Part shown: positions 1 to 14,545 of the stretch, in pieces
How positions within the stretch are numbered: the first letter of the stretch is position 1
Layout of the letters: the number at the start of each line of letters is the position of its first letter
Assembly: GCA_009914755.4 (NCBI GenBank)
Contig: CP068257.2
Location: 34,432,001 to 34,496,000 of the forward strand
Source of the DNA: the human T2T-CHM13v2.0 reference genome, Homo sapiens
Length of the DNA: 64,000 nucleotides
Direction of reading: 5' to 3'
Notes under the pieces: model-generated
Databases searched by the model: none
The model's input: the letters and a program-made list of their open reading frames with translations, nothing else
What the model was told of the DNA's origin: nothing
Made by a program: the position numbers and the translations under genes

Positions 1-296
1 GGAAATAGTGCTACCAATAGTAAACAGACAGAAACTACCCCCAAAAAATTGTATCCAGTGAAATCCAAGTGGCCAGGTGATGGTCTGCTCTCTACATAAC
101 CCACGCTTATGAGCTAAAGAAAGGCCAGCATGCCCAACACAGTAAGCGTCGAACTCTACCACTTGCAAGAGTATCGTTTTCAGTGTCTCCCACGGAGATA
201 GAACCATGGAAAGAAAAATTAGATGTAAAGTAATAGAAAACAGTTTAAATAAACACTGCATGAAGAAGCCAGATGTAAGACTCTCCTTTAATTCTA

Positions 297-653
<357 letters not shown>

Positions 654-1077
654 TCAATTTCTGGTTTCCTCATCTGTAAAGCAAGATTAAGCTGGATGAT
701 CACTATGGTCACTTCCCATTCCAACATCCTATGATCTTTTGGTTTGAAAATATTTGGGTAAATCTCTTTATCATCAAAATGCAAACTGTACACTTCACTG
801 TGCATTTCACTATATGTAAAATATGTCTCAATTTTCAAAAACTTTTGATAAAACAACCATATTTGAATGTACATGTGAAACAACTGCCAATTATTTCATG
901 ACCTAAACAAAAACTACCTGTAGTTACTGCTGCATACATGACATTTCTCATCCCCAAATTCTGCTACAGAATAAAGTCAATTACACCTTCCTCCAAAAAC
1001 AAAAATATTGTACAACAATATGAATGTACTTAATACTACTGAACTTCAAAATGGTTAAGATGGTAAGTTTTATGTTA

Positions 1078-3063
1078 GATGAGCTTCCGGGTTTATGGAT
1101 TCGTGGGCTGCTTCCACCTGCTAGGAGGGTGGTGCACTCTAACTCGGGGACAGAAGCCCCTGTGCTCAGGACTCTTGCAGACCTCTATATCTGGCTGTTC
1201 ATCTTCCATAATCAACTGGTAGATGTTACATCCAAGAGGAAACAATCCAGGCAAGGAAGCACAAGCTGATCAAGATCTGTAGTTACGTGGCTGCCAAGTT
1301 GTGGTTTTTGATAGATTGTCCCATCAGGGAAGACTATCCTCAAACAGAGATTTTACGAGCATTAAAGGCCAAATGTTGTGAGGAGGAACTGGACTTTAGG
1401 GCTGTGGTGATGGATGAGGTGGTGCTGACAATGGAGAAAGGAAACTTGGGTCTGCGGATCAATGGAGAGCTAATCACTGCCTACCCACAAGTGGTGGTAG
1501 TCAGAGTACCAACCCCTTGGGTGCAAAGTGATAGTGACATCACTGTTTTGCGCCATCTAGAGAAGATGGGATGCCAGTTAATGAACCGACTTCAAGCCAT
1601 CCTGAACTGCGTTAATAAGTTCTGGACATTTCAAGAGTTGGCTGGCCATGGTGTTCCTCTGCCGGATACTTTCTCTTATGGTGGCCATGAAAATTTTGCT
1701 AAAATGATTGATGAAGCTCAAGTACCGGAGTTCCCAATGGTAGTAAAGAATACGCGGGGTCATAGAGGTAAAGCTGTTTTCTTGGCTCGAGATAAGCACC
1801 ATTTGGCTGATCTAAGCCATCTTATTTGCCATGAAGCGCCATACTTGTTCCAGAAGTATGTTAAAGAGTCACATGGACGGGATGTACGTGTCATTGTCGT
1901 GGGAGGCCATGTGGTTGGCACCATGTTACATTGTTCAACAGATGGGAGAATGCAAAGCAACTGCTCATTAGGTGGTGTGGGGATGATGTGTTCATTGAGT
2001 GAACAAGGGAAGCAGCTAGCTATCCAGGTGTCTAATATCCTGGGGATGGATGTGTGTGGCGTTGACCTGTTGATGAAAGATGGCAGCTCCTTCTGTGTCT
2101 GTGAGGCCAATGCAAATGTAGGTTTCATCGTCTTTCATAAGGCTTGTAATCTAGATGTAGCTGGTATCAGAGCAGACTATACTGCCTCCCTTCTACCCTC
2201 TGGCCAGCTCACCCAGCGTATGTCCCTGCTCTCTGTGGTGTCCACTGCCAGTGAGACTAGTGAGCTGGAGCTGGGTCCCCCAGCCAGCACTGCTGTTGAC
2301 AACATAAGTGCAAGTTCCAGCTCTGTTGACAGTGACCCTGAAAGCATGGAGCGAGAGCTGCTCACCAAACTCCCAGGGTGACTGTTCAACATGAACCAGC
2401 TGCTAGCCAATGAAATCAAACTACTGGTGGACTGACTCCACTGGTAATTAACCAACAAAACCCTTGTAAAACTTTCTTTCTTTTTTCTTTTCTATTTTTA
2501 AAACCAACTTGCAATGCTGTTCATGGAGGATGCTCAGGAAGATGAGAGAAAATTAGTAGGATTAGTTGGAGAGAGTGGGAGATAGACGAGACCCCCGCTA
2601 GTAAGATGTTACTTTCATTTACAAATCCTACAGAGAGGCAGAATAGGTGGGGTATAGAAAAATGTCAGGCTGTCAGTTACCCTTTTAAATTGCTAAAAAA
2701 TTTGTATGCTCATAGACCATGAGGAACAAATACTTTTTTTTTCATGGTCCCTTGCTTTTGTTTTTGTACAAAAAAAATGGTTTTGCTACAAATATCCAAG
2801 TAGCATAACTCCACATTGTGTTGGAAGATTTGTCATCAGTGAGGAAAACATCTGCTTAAATTACAGGAATTTTTGTATTATACAGCTCTGAAAATTCTGC
2901 CATTTCCTTATTAACTAGCAGCTTTAGTTTGTAGTTTATGAAATCTTGAGGGGCTCTTTTACTGGGATTTCTTATTTTTGTTTTTCGTTTTTTCCCTCTT
3001 AATTTGGTGGGAGGGTCAAAGTGAATATAACCCAATAAAGGCTTCTTAATGACAAAAAAAAAA
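1078..3063 (+). pseudogene. RIMKLBP1: Processed (retrotransposed) pseudogene of RIMKLB (beta-citrylglutamate synthase B, ATP-grasp RimK family): 5' UTR + CDS-homologous region 1275-2435 + ~620 nt 3' UTR, AATAAA at 3034-3039, polyA 3054-3063; flanked by TSD (a)GTTTTATGTTA at 1067-1077 and 3064-3074
   Basis: Intronless 364-codon ORF (1287-2381) highly similar to RIMKLB; polyA tail and direct repeats flank the insert; in-frame TGA at 2379 where parent reads GGA and apparent ATG>ATC at 1275. Confidence 0.8.
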
Positions 3064-3322
3064 GTTTTATGTTACATATATTTTACAATTAAAAATTTTT
3101 AAATGATGAAAACATTAACACGGCGTAATAGAATTACAACATTAAAACATACCATTCTTTATATATTGGACTTCTTGTGTTTGTGATTTTCACCTGTTTA
3201 GGAAAGATAACCTGAATTCCCTTGCTGACTATGCTTGCATTTTAAAGAAACTATACTTTCCTTTAATATTTTAAAAACTTCTCTTTTTAACACAACATTT
3301 TTAAAAAGTAAAATTACTTTTG

Positions 3323-3633
3323 GGCCAGGCATAGTGCCTCATGCTTGTAATCCCAACACTTTGGGAGGCCAAGGCGGGCAGATCACCTGAGGTCAGAAGT
3401 TCAAGACCAGCCTAGCCAAGATGGTGAAACCCTGTCTCTACTAAAAAAAAAAAAAAAAAAAAAAATTAGCTGGGCATGGTGGCACATGCCTGTAATTTCA
3501 GCTACTTCAGGAGGCTGAGGCAAAAGAATTGCTTGAACCCAGGAGACGGAGGTTGCAAGGAGCCGAGATCGCGCCACTGCACTCCAGCCTGGGCAACAGA
3601 GCAAGACTCTGTCTCAAAAAAAAAAAAAAAAAA
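3323..3633 (+). mobile_element. Alu SINE, full length
   Basis: GGCCAGGCATAGTGCCTCATGC...A-rich linker...polyA. Confidence 0.95.
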
Positions 3634-4640
3634 GGACGTTTTATCTACTGAAAAAAAAAAGATACCATTCCTTAGCCTAAACATATGTACACATCTGAGT
3701 GCAAGTTTTAAATAGAGAATTTAAAATAAGATAATTTTTAAATAAAGGAAGAAATTAATTTCTGGCTTCACAGAAAATCGTGCGCTAGAGATCTTTAAAA
3801 TAGCATTGGAAGAATGAAAAGAAACCTTGGAGGCTGTCATTTACTTCCTCATTTTGTAGGTGAGGAAACAGGAGCCAAGAGTATGAGGGGTCTCATGCTG
3901 GGGCCTCAGGCAGCTGAAGGCAACTCTGGCCCAAGTCTGAGGCCTCATCCTCCCCTAGCTCTGGTTTCTACCTGCCACATCACGACTGCCTCACAGACAG
4001 CAGCAGCTCCCTTGGCATACTGAAAACGTGATCTGACATGTAACATGTGCTGTGGCAGAGATTGCTAGTTGCCTATCCCAACACGCCTTCTCTCCCCCTC
4101 CTCGCTAACGGAATCCTACTTAGAGGGCACGTGGCTGGGGAAAGGCCAGCACGGATCTCCTCCCTTGCAGCTGGCTAGGGCTGTGTACCTGATCACTGGC
4201 CAAGGACAGAGGGACTGGAATTTCCTTAAAGGAAGGAAGCCTGCCCTTCCTCACCCGCTTGCTCTCTCCTGATGCCCAAGTTCCAAGACCCACAACCTGA
4301 CCTGAGGGTGCAGTTCCCTTAAGGACATGAGAGAGCTGGAAGGAGTTGGGGCCTCTGCCAGCCATGGGACTGCCCCACCAGCCAGGGTCAGCCTACTCCA
4401 AGCTTGTTTCTATGAGTGAGAACAAAATAAATTTCCATGCTGCTTAAGCACCTCAATTTTGGGCTTGTCTTTTATTGCAACAAACTTAATCCTAGTTGAT
4501 AGAACCATATTCAAATATATCTATTAGGTAAGTAAGAAATGACTGTATGTCTGAAATTTTTTTAATTCACTTCGTTTGAACCGCAAAAACAAAGCAGCAA
4601 AATCTACATTGGGTTTCAAGGATCAAAGAACAGTTCTCAC

Positions 4641-4678
4641 CTGCAGGGATGTTTGACTCATCAGCCCTCTTCCTGTAC
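4641..4678 (-). CDS. SETD4: SETD4 short coding exon (38 nt; G-TGRGLMSQTSLQ)
   Basis: Minus strand: tttcctAG|GTACAGGAAGAGGGCTGATGAGTCAAACATCCCTGCAG|gtgaga; peptide continues the SETD4 sequence in frame. Confidence 0.8.
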
Positions 4679-5574
4679 CTAGGAAAGCAAAGACAGAAAG
4701 AGAGTAAATCCTACCATAACTTCAAGGTCCCAGAGATAACTATTATGGAAAAAAAAAATGTGAACTTCAAAATTACACAAGGCTGAAGCTGGATGTCTCT
4801 CAGCCTTTGATTCCCAGGGGAAACAGGGAGTCAGAAAGCTATTCCAGAAAATGTCTTGACCTCCAGTGAGTTATAATCCTTGAAGGGCAGTCAGCTTCAG
4901 AGGTGAGACCTAAAGAGCACCGTGGACTTTATACAGACCTACTGCTGGGCCTCCTGCAGGACGCTTTGGGCTGGACTCTCTCCACTGGGGCCTACCAGCT
5001 AACAAGGTGCTATTCCCAATGCCCAGCCAACCTCTGAGGCTAGAGCCCCAGGCCACTTATCCCCATTACCAGACTCAGCTCTCCCAAGTGAAGACCTTGA
5101 GACCCCTTTGATTGGCCGACTGGCCAATAAACCCCACTCAAGTCCCCACAAAGCCTGCAGACATCCTCCCCTCTCTGATCAGGTAACCCATGAGATGGGC
5201 TCTCCATGACCTGGTGAGCTCAGCTGGGTAGGTCAGCTCCAGCTGTTCCCTGTGAGCCAAGGCTCCGGCTGGAGCACAGTCACCATAGTAACCTCAGCAG
5301 CTGCATTAATACCAATTAATTCAATAAATTCCTTTATTTAAAAATTAATACCAACTTCCAGAAGTTTCTCCCTTCATGCCTAAGCTTCTGCTCCTGGAAC
5401 AGTCAGACAAACATTGAAAGGATGCTCAGATGACAGCTTTTCTGGCAGGCATAGGTATTACATGGTCATAAGAGGCCTAGAGCATTAACGTCTCCAATTC
5501 ATCGTTCTTCACCTTTCCTCTCTTAGCTGGGAGGGAAAATAATTCAGCCAAGTCAGTGCAGGACTACTGGGAGC

Positions 5575-6046
5575 TCCCAGCTCACGGTGGCTCACTGCCT
5601 CAAGTCCTCCATCAGTTTCCCGCAACTTGGATTTGATGCTCCCGGCTCATGGTGGGAATTCCTGCCTCAAGTCCTCCATCGGTTTCCTGGCAGGTTGGAT
5701 TTGATGCTCCTGGCTCATGGTGGGAATTCCTGCCTCAAGTCCTCCATCGGTTTCCTGGCAGGTTGGATTTGATGCTCCCGGCTCATGGTGGGAATTCCTG
5801 CCTCAAGTCTTCCATCAGCTTCCTGGCAGGTTGGATTTGATGCTCCTGGCTCATGGTGGGAATTCCTGCCTCAAGTCTTCCATCAGCTTCCTGGCAGGTT
5901 GGATTTGATGCTCCTGGCTCATGGTGGGAATTCCTGCCTCAAGTCTTCCATCAGCTTCCTGGCAGGTTGGATTTGATGCTCCTGGCTCATGGTGGGAATT
6001 CCTGCCTCAAGTCCTCCATCAGTTTCCCAGCAAGTTGGATTTGATG
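5575..6046. repeat. Minisatellite/VNTR: 68-bp unit x ~6.9 copies (unit ~GGATTTGATGCTCCYGGCTCATGGTGGGAATTCCTGCCTCAAGTCYTCCATCRGYTTCCTGGCAGGTT)
   Basis: Six consecutive near-identical 63-aa ORFs in the ORF track offset by exactly 68 bp; direct inspection shows head-to-tail copies with few substitutions. Confidence 0.9.
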
Positions 6047-7610
6047 AGTCCCAATTCATCTCCCCTCCCAGGAGGACACTGTCTGCTTATACAGCTGGTT
6101 CTAGTGTTAACTTATTTCATTGATTTTGTGTACCCCATTGTGGAGTTAATCATCCCTGTGCTCCAGAACTCCTCCTAGAATCAATGACTAATGGGAAGAT
6201 TTTCTTCTACCTGGTTATCCTTCCAAAAACTTACGTGCTAATCTAAGTGGAAATTCTCTCCAAACATATATATGAACAAAAGCTGGCCTATGGAATACAT
6301 CTAGAAGATCCTTTACCTATATTTATATGGTAGATAGTGTTTAATATCAAAAAACATATAGTAATCTACACTTACTTTCATTTTCATATTGGATATACTA
6401 GGCAAAGTAGAAGTGGCCATTAGGAGCTCATGAGAGTAAAGCTTATCACAAATGTCTCAAAGCCTCAAAATTTCCACTATCATCAATCTACATGGGAGGC
6501 CCTGACCTGGCTAGTGCTTTTGGTGGTGAAAGGAAATGCTGCGGTCAGTTCCCAAGGCAGAAAAGAAGAGAGAGTCTAAAGATGGAATCCTGCTTAGGAG
6601 ATTTCCTGTGCCCCTCCACAAACTAAGATGAATTCCCCAGAGTTCATACATTTTGACTGAAGCCCAGAAATGTTACCTCCTATCATACACTGATTAAGAG
6701 CTAAAAACTACATGAAGCACTTACAGAAGGTTCCCCAGAACTGTAAGCACTGGGCACGGGTCACTGCCAAGCCACCTGCATCACCCGAAATCTGGGGCTG
6801 GGGCCAGGGCAAGTTGTGCTCACTTTTAAAAATAGGAACTCTTTACTGCTCCAAATTACAAACAGATGACCTATTCTCAGGTATTCCATCTAAACCATCT
6901 GCTGATTCCTGCTTGATGATTTTAAACCCATCCTTCCTAGGGCAAATGACACCAGAGATGTGGGCAGGCCTTAGACACGGCAAGTTTACTGCTGACACTA
7001 CTGACTCTCTTGATCATCTGGGGAAAAACTCTGTTCTGTACATCTAAGGGTGTGGCTTTTACTGACCATCTTTGACACACAAAAACAGAAAGTCAAGCAT
7101 TATTTTAGAGGCTGACAATATGGTTCATGACCATCAACTAGAAGGGGCCTTAATAGAAAATGGCTCAAATCAAGCATTTTAGTTCAAAGTCATGATGTGT
7201 AACTGACTCATGGAGAACAACTTTACACACATCACCTCACTCAGCAAGGGGCACAAGTGGGAAATCATTTGCCTTGGCGTGTGGTATATGAGGAAGTTAA
7301 TTTGCTCAAAGTTCAATTACCTAATGGGTACTTGAATAATAATTCTAATGGCCAAGGGGAGCATTGTGTGGCATATGCTTTGACTTTTCTGTAAGATGCA
7401 GCCTGCCCTGTGATGTAGAATTTTGGGGCCCTAATTGCACCACCACTATCTCTGTGCTACAGCAGACTCCAAATCCTTTTAAAGAGCATCTTGGTCCTCC
7501 CTGTGGTTATCTCTTGCCCACCTGTGGGAAGAGTGGAGTGGCCATGTATGCAGGCACACACCCATAGCAAGCTGCCCAACTTCTGTGAGAGAATGTTCCA
7601 GAAGAAAGTG

Positions 7611-7914
<304 letters not shown>

Positions 7915-8166
7915 AAAATGTTAACCTAACCTCCCTAATAAGCACAAGTTCCAGAGAAGAATGTCAGTCTACCTCAGTTCAGTGCTGAAGCCCACTGCTC
8001 TGCAATTAACTGGCCATACACAGGGGACTCCTCCTCCAACCCAAGGGGAACACATGCAAACCAGCTGAAGGACAATATCTGCTGAGGCCCACCTGCAAGA
8101 GTGGCCCCTGCTGTCTACCTGGCTCTCGTGTGGGAAAGGGCAGGACAGCTGAAGGCTAGATCTTAC

Positions 8167-8262
8167 CTGGAAAACAAGCAGGCGCTAAGTTTGAATCTTG
8201 AAACTTCCTAGCTTTCAGCCACTTCCTCAGCTCTATAAATTCAGACTTGTGGCTCTCATTCA
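8167..8262 (-). CDS. SETD4: SETD4 coding exon (VNESHKSEFIELRKWLKARKFQDSNLAPACFP + 1 nt)
   Basis: Minus-strand acceptor cctgatAG / donor GTAAGA; phase continues from previous exon (G+TG=Val) and into next (G+GT=Gly). Confidence 0.85.
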
Positions 8263-8421
8263 CTATCAGGCAAGGAGAGAACAAATGGTGATTAAAACCA
8301 CTATATAATCGGATTACCATTTTTAAAAGAACATGTCTGATGAAATGTGTCAGACAGACTTACACAATAGTAAGAATTGGTGTATCTAAACATAGAAAAG
8401 TTACAATAAAAACACAGTATT

Positions 8422-8552
8422 GGCCAGGCGCAATGACTCACTTCTGTATTCCCAGCATTTGGGAGGCCAAGGCGGGAGGACTGCTTGAGGCCAGGAGTTT
8501 GAGCCCAGCCTGCCCAACACAGAAAGACCCCATCTCTTAAAAAAAAAAAAAA
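8422..8552 (+). mobile_element. Alu monomer (FLAM-like) with polyA
   Basis: GGCCAGGCGCAATGACTCAC...130 bp + A14. Confidence 0.85.
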
Positions 8553-8689
8553 TACAATATTATAATCTGAGGACCACCACTGTACATGTGATCCATCAAC
8601 CAAAACATACTTATGCAACATACGACTATATTCATTCAATGTAATCCTAATCAAAATTCAAGCAGGCTTTCATACAGGAATTAACAAGA

Positions 8690-9275
8690 TGATCCCAAAA
8701 TTCATGTGGAAATGTAAAAAGCCTAGAATAGCCCCAATATCTTTGAAAGATTGATTTTAAAACTTATTATAAAGCTACAGTAATCAAATTAGTGTGATAT
8801 TGTCAAAACAGACACAAATAGGTCAAAGGAACAACACAGAAAATAGGAAGAGGTCCACACGTAAATTTTTGACAAAGTGCAAAGGCAAATCAGTGGAAGA
8901 AGATAGTCTTTTCAATAAATGATGATCAAACAACTGGACCTCCATCAGCAAAAAAAAAAGTGAGCTTATCGATATCTTGTACCATATCCAGTTGGATTTA
9001 CATAGGACTTTCCAGATGGCCAAGCACTTTTGTATTGAACAAGATACAGTATCTTCTTCAGACAGGGTTACCCTGAATTTGAAGTCATAAATTTACATCC
9101 AAACATTGATATCCTACAGATAGCTGAAGGTCAAGACCAGAAAAAGAAAGTTGGGAGTCATCCCCAGAGAAGACAGTTGAAACAATGAGTTAGTTATCTT
9201 CACATTCCCACCAGGATCTAAAAGAATACAATGGCACCATTAAAAAAGAGTGTTATTTAAGAAATATTCTCTTTG
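8690..9275 (+). mobile_element. Old L1 (L1M-like) ORF2 fragment, interrupted by Alu at 9276
   Basis: ttcatgtggaaatgtaaaaagcctagaatagccccaatatctttgaaa...ttattataaagctacagtaatcaa matches L1M ORF2 consensus as I recall it. Confidence 0.7.
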
Positions 9276-9579
9276 GGCTGGGCACAGTGGCTCACACCTG
9301 TAATCCCAGTGCTTTGGGGAGGCCAAGGCAGGAGGACCACTCGAGCCCAGGAGTTCAAGACCAGCCTGTGCAACATAGACCCTGTCACTACAACAAATTT
9401 AAAAAAACATTAGCCGGGTGCAGTGGCATGTACCTGTAGTCCCAGGTACTTGGGAGGCTGAGGCAGGAGGGAGGCTAAGGGAGGAGATCACTTGAGCCTG
9501 GGAGATCAAGCCATGATCACGCCACTGCATTCCAATCTGGGTAACAGAATGTACCTTGTCTCCAAAAAAAAAAAAAAAA
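9276..9579 (+). mobile_element. Alu SINE, full length, TSD ~(A)ATATTCTCTTTG
   Basis: GGCTGGGCACAGTGGCTCAC...polyA; flanking direct repeat. Confidence 0.95.
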
Positions 9580-9621
9580 GAAAGATTCTCTTTGAACACT
9601 GTGTGCCTTTGAGAAAAGCTA

Positions 9622-9823
<202 letters not shown>

Positions 9824-9873
9824 TCACAAAAGGATTTCTTTTTTCATTACTGGTACTAAAAGAAAAACCATAC

Positions 9874-9946
9874 CTCCTCTTGATTCAGAACTTCCGCAGA
9901 GTTTTCGTCTTCTGATCCGGCTTGTTCTCCCTTTTCCTTTCTGCAT
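9874..9946 (-). CDS. SETD4: SETD4 start-codon exon (coding part; MQKGKGRTSRIRRRKLCGSSESRG + 1 nt), donor GT at 9873-9872; 5' UTR part of exon probably extends to ~9969
   Basis: Reverse complement of 9874-9946 reads ATG CAG AAA GGA AAA GGG AGA ACA AGC CGG...TCA AGA GGA G|gtatgg, matching SETD4 N-terminus. Confidence 0.85.
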
Positions 9947-10261
9947 GCTAAAACTGTAGTTTCTTTTTTCTGAAATACAGTTCTATTTTTTCAAAAAGGA
10001 CAAAACTGTAATTTCTGTGGAAATGCTCAATCTAAAATAAAAAACATTTCTTTGATTTACTTTCCAGTTATATGATAATCACTGTTCTTTGTACCTTTAA
10101 GTATACAAATGTATGTTTTGGTAAACTGTTTCTCTCAAGTGCTTTTGTACATGAAACGTTTATACTGTGAGCTAAATCATGATCCCTACAGTAACAGAAT
10201 TCCCATTATATCAGTCCCTCTAAAACAGTTTTATCTTGCAGACCTAGTGACTACAGCTTAA

Positions 10262-10790
<529 letters not shown>

Positions 10791-10849
10791 AAAACATACG
10801 AGGGCAGAAATGAGCAAGAGACAAGAACTCCAGGCAATATTAATACCGC

Positions 10850-11960
10850 ACTTCCGCAGTATAAGGTTCATTATTTGACCTAACGAAAGTCGGCATGTCC
10901 AGCTCCAGAGGCGAACGGCGGCTGGTTCGGTGCGGGTCCCAGCGCTCAGTCCACAGACCGCGCCGGGAAGTGTCCCCAAGACTCCCGGGCCCTCGCGCGA
11001 GCTGTCCACCATCACCCTGCTGAGGACCACGTGAAGCCCGGTGACCGCCACAGACACAGGCACCGTCCCCGCCCCCATAGTCCTCAAACTCTAGCCGTGA
11101 GGCCGTCCTACGGTCCGACACACACCGCTCCCGCAGCCATAGGCCAGCCAGGCGAGCATCGGACCTCGGGCCTCAGGCTCCTCAGCTTTACGCAGCGCGC
11201 CGGAGCAACATGCGCTAAGTGTAGGACTCCACAAGATGAGAGGTTACTGCAGCGCACACGATAATGCCTGCCCTGGAGGGGACCTGCGACCTAAACTCAG
11301 TTCTTTTTACGCTGATGAATGAAAGACTAAGGAACGCACCCCGCCGACTCTGCTCCCGTTACCCGGGCAACTGGAGGCCCGACCCGGAAGTCCTACTAGC
11401 TCACCTAGGCGCCGGCGGCCGCTTCCAAGATGGAGGCTGCAGTGGGCGGGCCCAAGGCACGTGGAAATACCAAACAGCCCCAGATGAAGGCAAGTTAAAG
11501 GAACCGGCCAAAACTGCAGAGGGAGAGGCTGAAGGCTGTCGCGCCTGCCTGGTGTCCTTAAGCAATCCAAGTCCTCAGTCTCCCGGGTCCGCCCCTTCCG
11601 CCGCGGGCGGCAGCTTCCGGCTCGCGCATGCGCAGTGTTCGCGGACTCGCCGCCAACGCCCAGTACAGTCGGGGACGAGGTCGGCACACCCACAGCCCCA
11701 TAACCCCTACGTCGAGTCAGGGGTCAGAAAACCCAGTAACCCGCAGGCGAGCAAGCTGCGCACTGAAAAGCCGGCCTGCGGAGTCTTTCCTTACGAAGTT
11801 AAACCACCTAGGGCGCGCGGCCCTGTTCGCCCAGACCTCGGGCTTTCCTGCCAGGCTGGGTTTGCCGGGTCGAGTCACTTTGCTCGCCAATCCCCGCCCC
11901 CATTCCACCGTTTCATTCTGGCCCCAGGACCCGCCTCACAGGAAAATTCTAAATAATATA
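10850..11960 (-). promoter_or_regulatory. SETD4: CpG island, probable SETD4 promoter / non-coding exon 1 region (possibly bidirectional)
   Basis: ~1.1 kb of very high CpG and GC content, ~0.9 kb upstream (minus sense) of the SETD4 ATG exon; no coding potential in ORFs here. Confidence 0.6.
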
Positions 11961-12269
11961 TCTAAATACCCCTTCTTCCAATAGCGGGAGCTCGATTTCT
12001 GCCCCACCCACCCCCACTTTGATTATGGGCTATGCCTAGTAACTTGATTCCAAAGAGTACAGCCTGGAATGGTGTTGGGGACTACAGTGGAGAAACCTGG
12101 CAAACAGTACCTTACCGGGTGGTCAAGGATAACATCAGGAAGAAATCATGCTGATAGCATGTTCCTGTGGTGTCTCTCTCCAAAACCCTTCTATGGAAAT
12201 CTTCTATGGGGGAAAAAAAATTAGTACTCCTAAACATGTTTTCTGTCATGAAAAACAAGTACAGTTGTC

Positions 12270-12860
12270 CCTTAGTGTCCGTGGGGGAATGGTTCCAGGA
12301 CCCTGCGGATACCAGAATTAGAATGCTCAAGTCCCTTGTATACAATGGTGTAAACCTAAGTAACAAAAGAGGCTCCCTAAAAGAAAATGAGATTTATCTG
12401 GGAGTAGCATTGCAATGGGAATATGCATGCCATAGTAAACTGTGTGCGTTTTGGGGGAGGTTGAGGCAAGGAGATGTTTTTAAAAGGAAAATGAAGATTA
12501 TATGAATTGCTTTAAATCAATTATCTTTGGCTAAAAGAATGAATAACAAAGGTAGCATCAGTCCAAAGTTGCTGGACAGATGTCCTTGCAGAAGGATTTT
12601 CTGTGTTTAAGATTGGGCCTTTCTGCAAGGTTAGGGTCTTTTGTGACAATTCTTGTTATGAGGCGTAGTGCATGAGAACCCTTCCTTCAAGGCCTTCCCC
12701 AGCTGCATTTATCAGGGTTTTGACACAAGTGACTCCATTTTGATTCTGCAACTTTCACAATGGTGTAATATTTGCATATAACCTATGCACATCCTCCCAT
12801 ATACTTTAAATCATCTCTAGATTACTTATAACATCTAATACAATGTAAATACTATGTAAA
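12270..12860. mobile_element. Tigger-type (TcMar) DNA transposon fragment
   Basis: Contains hallmark string gtccgtgggggaatggttccaggaccctgcggataccagaat...caagtcccttgtatacaatgg and terminal ...gcatataacctatgcacatcctcccatatactttaaatcatctctagattacttataa typical of Tigger/MER2-group elements (family name from memory). Confidence 0.5.
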
Positions 12861-13588
12861 TAGTGAAGGGGTGGCCTGCCGCTCCACACCTGTGGGTGTT
12901 TCTCATCGGGTGGGATGAGAGACTGAGAAAAAAAAGAGACACAGAGGCAAAGTATAGAGAAAGAAAAGTGGGCCCAGTGGACCGGCGCTCAGCATACGGA
13001 GCACAAATCCTATTTAAACTACAGATTCTAAACACAAATGATTTTATTCACCCCTGCCCCCCAACACTAAAAGATTTAAACACTAACATAGTTTCTAACA
13101 GCTGTAAACTAAACAAATCCTAAGCCCCTACTGACTGAATGGAACCCCTTTTGGCCAAGATGGCCCCAGAAAAAAACTTAGAAACTTAGTTCCCAGCCCT
13201 GATGGAATGTGAGGTCAGACATGCCTCATTATACCCTCTCTCTTTTACAGTTTAGATACAACTGGCCAGCATTGATGTTAAAATAGAGACCATGAGACTG
13301 ATGGAACAGACTTTTTGTGGCAATAAGATACAAAAATTATAAACAAGACCTAAGGCCATTCCAGGAAAGAGTTAAGTCACTTCAAGAATAAATTCTGTTC
13401 TAATGGTTACAAGTTTTTTCTTTTTCTCTAGCAGCTAAACAAGCACTCACCTCCACCTAAGCAATATTAAAACAATTACCGCTTGTGCACCACCAGATGT
13501 TAACTAACCCCCTGTTCCACAATGACAGAGCATCACCATCTTGGACAACCCCCTCATTCTAAAGTGCACCTTAATAAAAAACCGCCTA

Positions 13589-13913
<325 letters not shown>

Positions 13914-14459
13914 TCAGCCTAATGGCTAAGGTCACCATGACCATAAATCACAAATAATATCTTCAACCAGAAACATTCTAAATTCCCCCCTGACCAGAGA
14001 CATGGTAGCCCCAAGATAAACCCCGTTCCATCTGGGAAGTGGGGAAGATGATAGCCCCGAGATAACACCCCTCAGGGCTGGAAAGATGTCCACCCCAAAA
14101 TAACCTCCCCTCTTCCCAGAGAGATTCCAACCCTGCCATGAACTTCTCCACACACATAAACATTCCAAGCTTGTGGTAAGCCCCCTCACCCTAAAACCAA
14201 TACATACTCTTAGTCTCTAAGAGAAAGAGTTCCTGACGGAAACAGGCCAGGAGCACCTGTCAGGTTTCATATAAGGTAAACCTGTCTCTAACTGCCAGCC
14301 GCGTTTAGTGTTCTTACGTCTTTCTTGAACTCTTATATTTGGTGCGGAAACCCAGGCCGGGTGCTGGGGGCAGAGGCTCTCTTGCAACCCAGGAAGCAGT
14401 GGGCAACCACAGCTGGTCCTGAGCTAATTTCTGGATCCTGAGGGTCTCGGGCCACCCGC

Positions 14460-14545
14460 TCCATCTTTTCTCTCACTTCACTTTTCCCTCATCCTCTCTT
14501 TTCCCTCTCTCTCTTTCCTTCTCTCTCTCTCTTTCTTTCTCTCTC
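14460..14545. repeat. (CT)n-rich polypyrimidine tract inside LTR12 element
   Basis: ctctcttttccctctctctctttccttctctctctctctttctttctctctcttcc. Confidence 0.85.

Noticed and set aside
1578-2458. Minus-strand ORFs inside the RIMKLB pseudogene
   Set aside because: Antisense to the clearly homologous + frame
5587-6178. Six tandem 63-85-aa ORFs (MVGIPASS...)
   Set aside because: Artefact of the 68-bp minisatellite: identical phased ORFs offset by the repeat period, no coding signal
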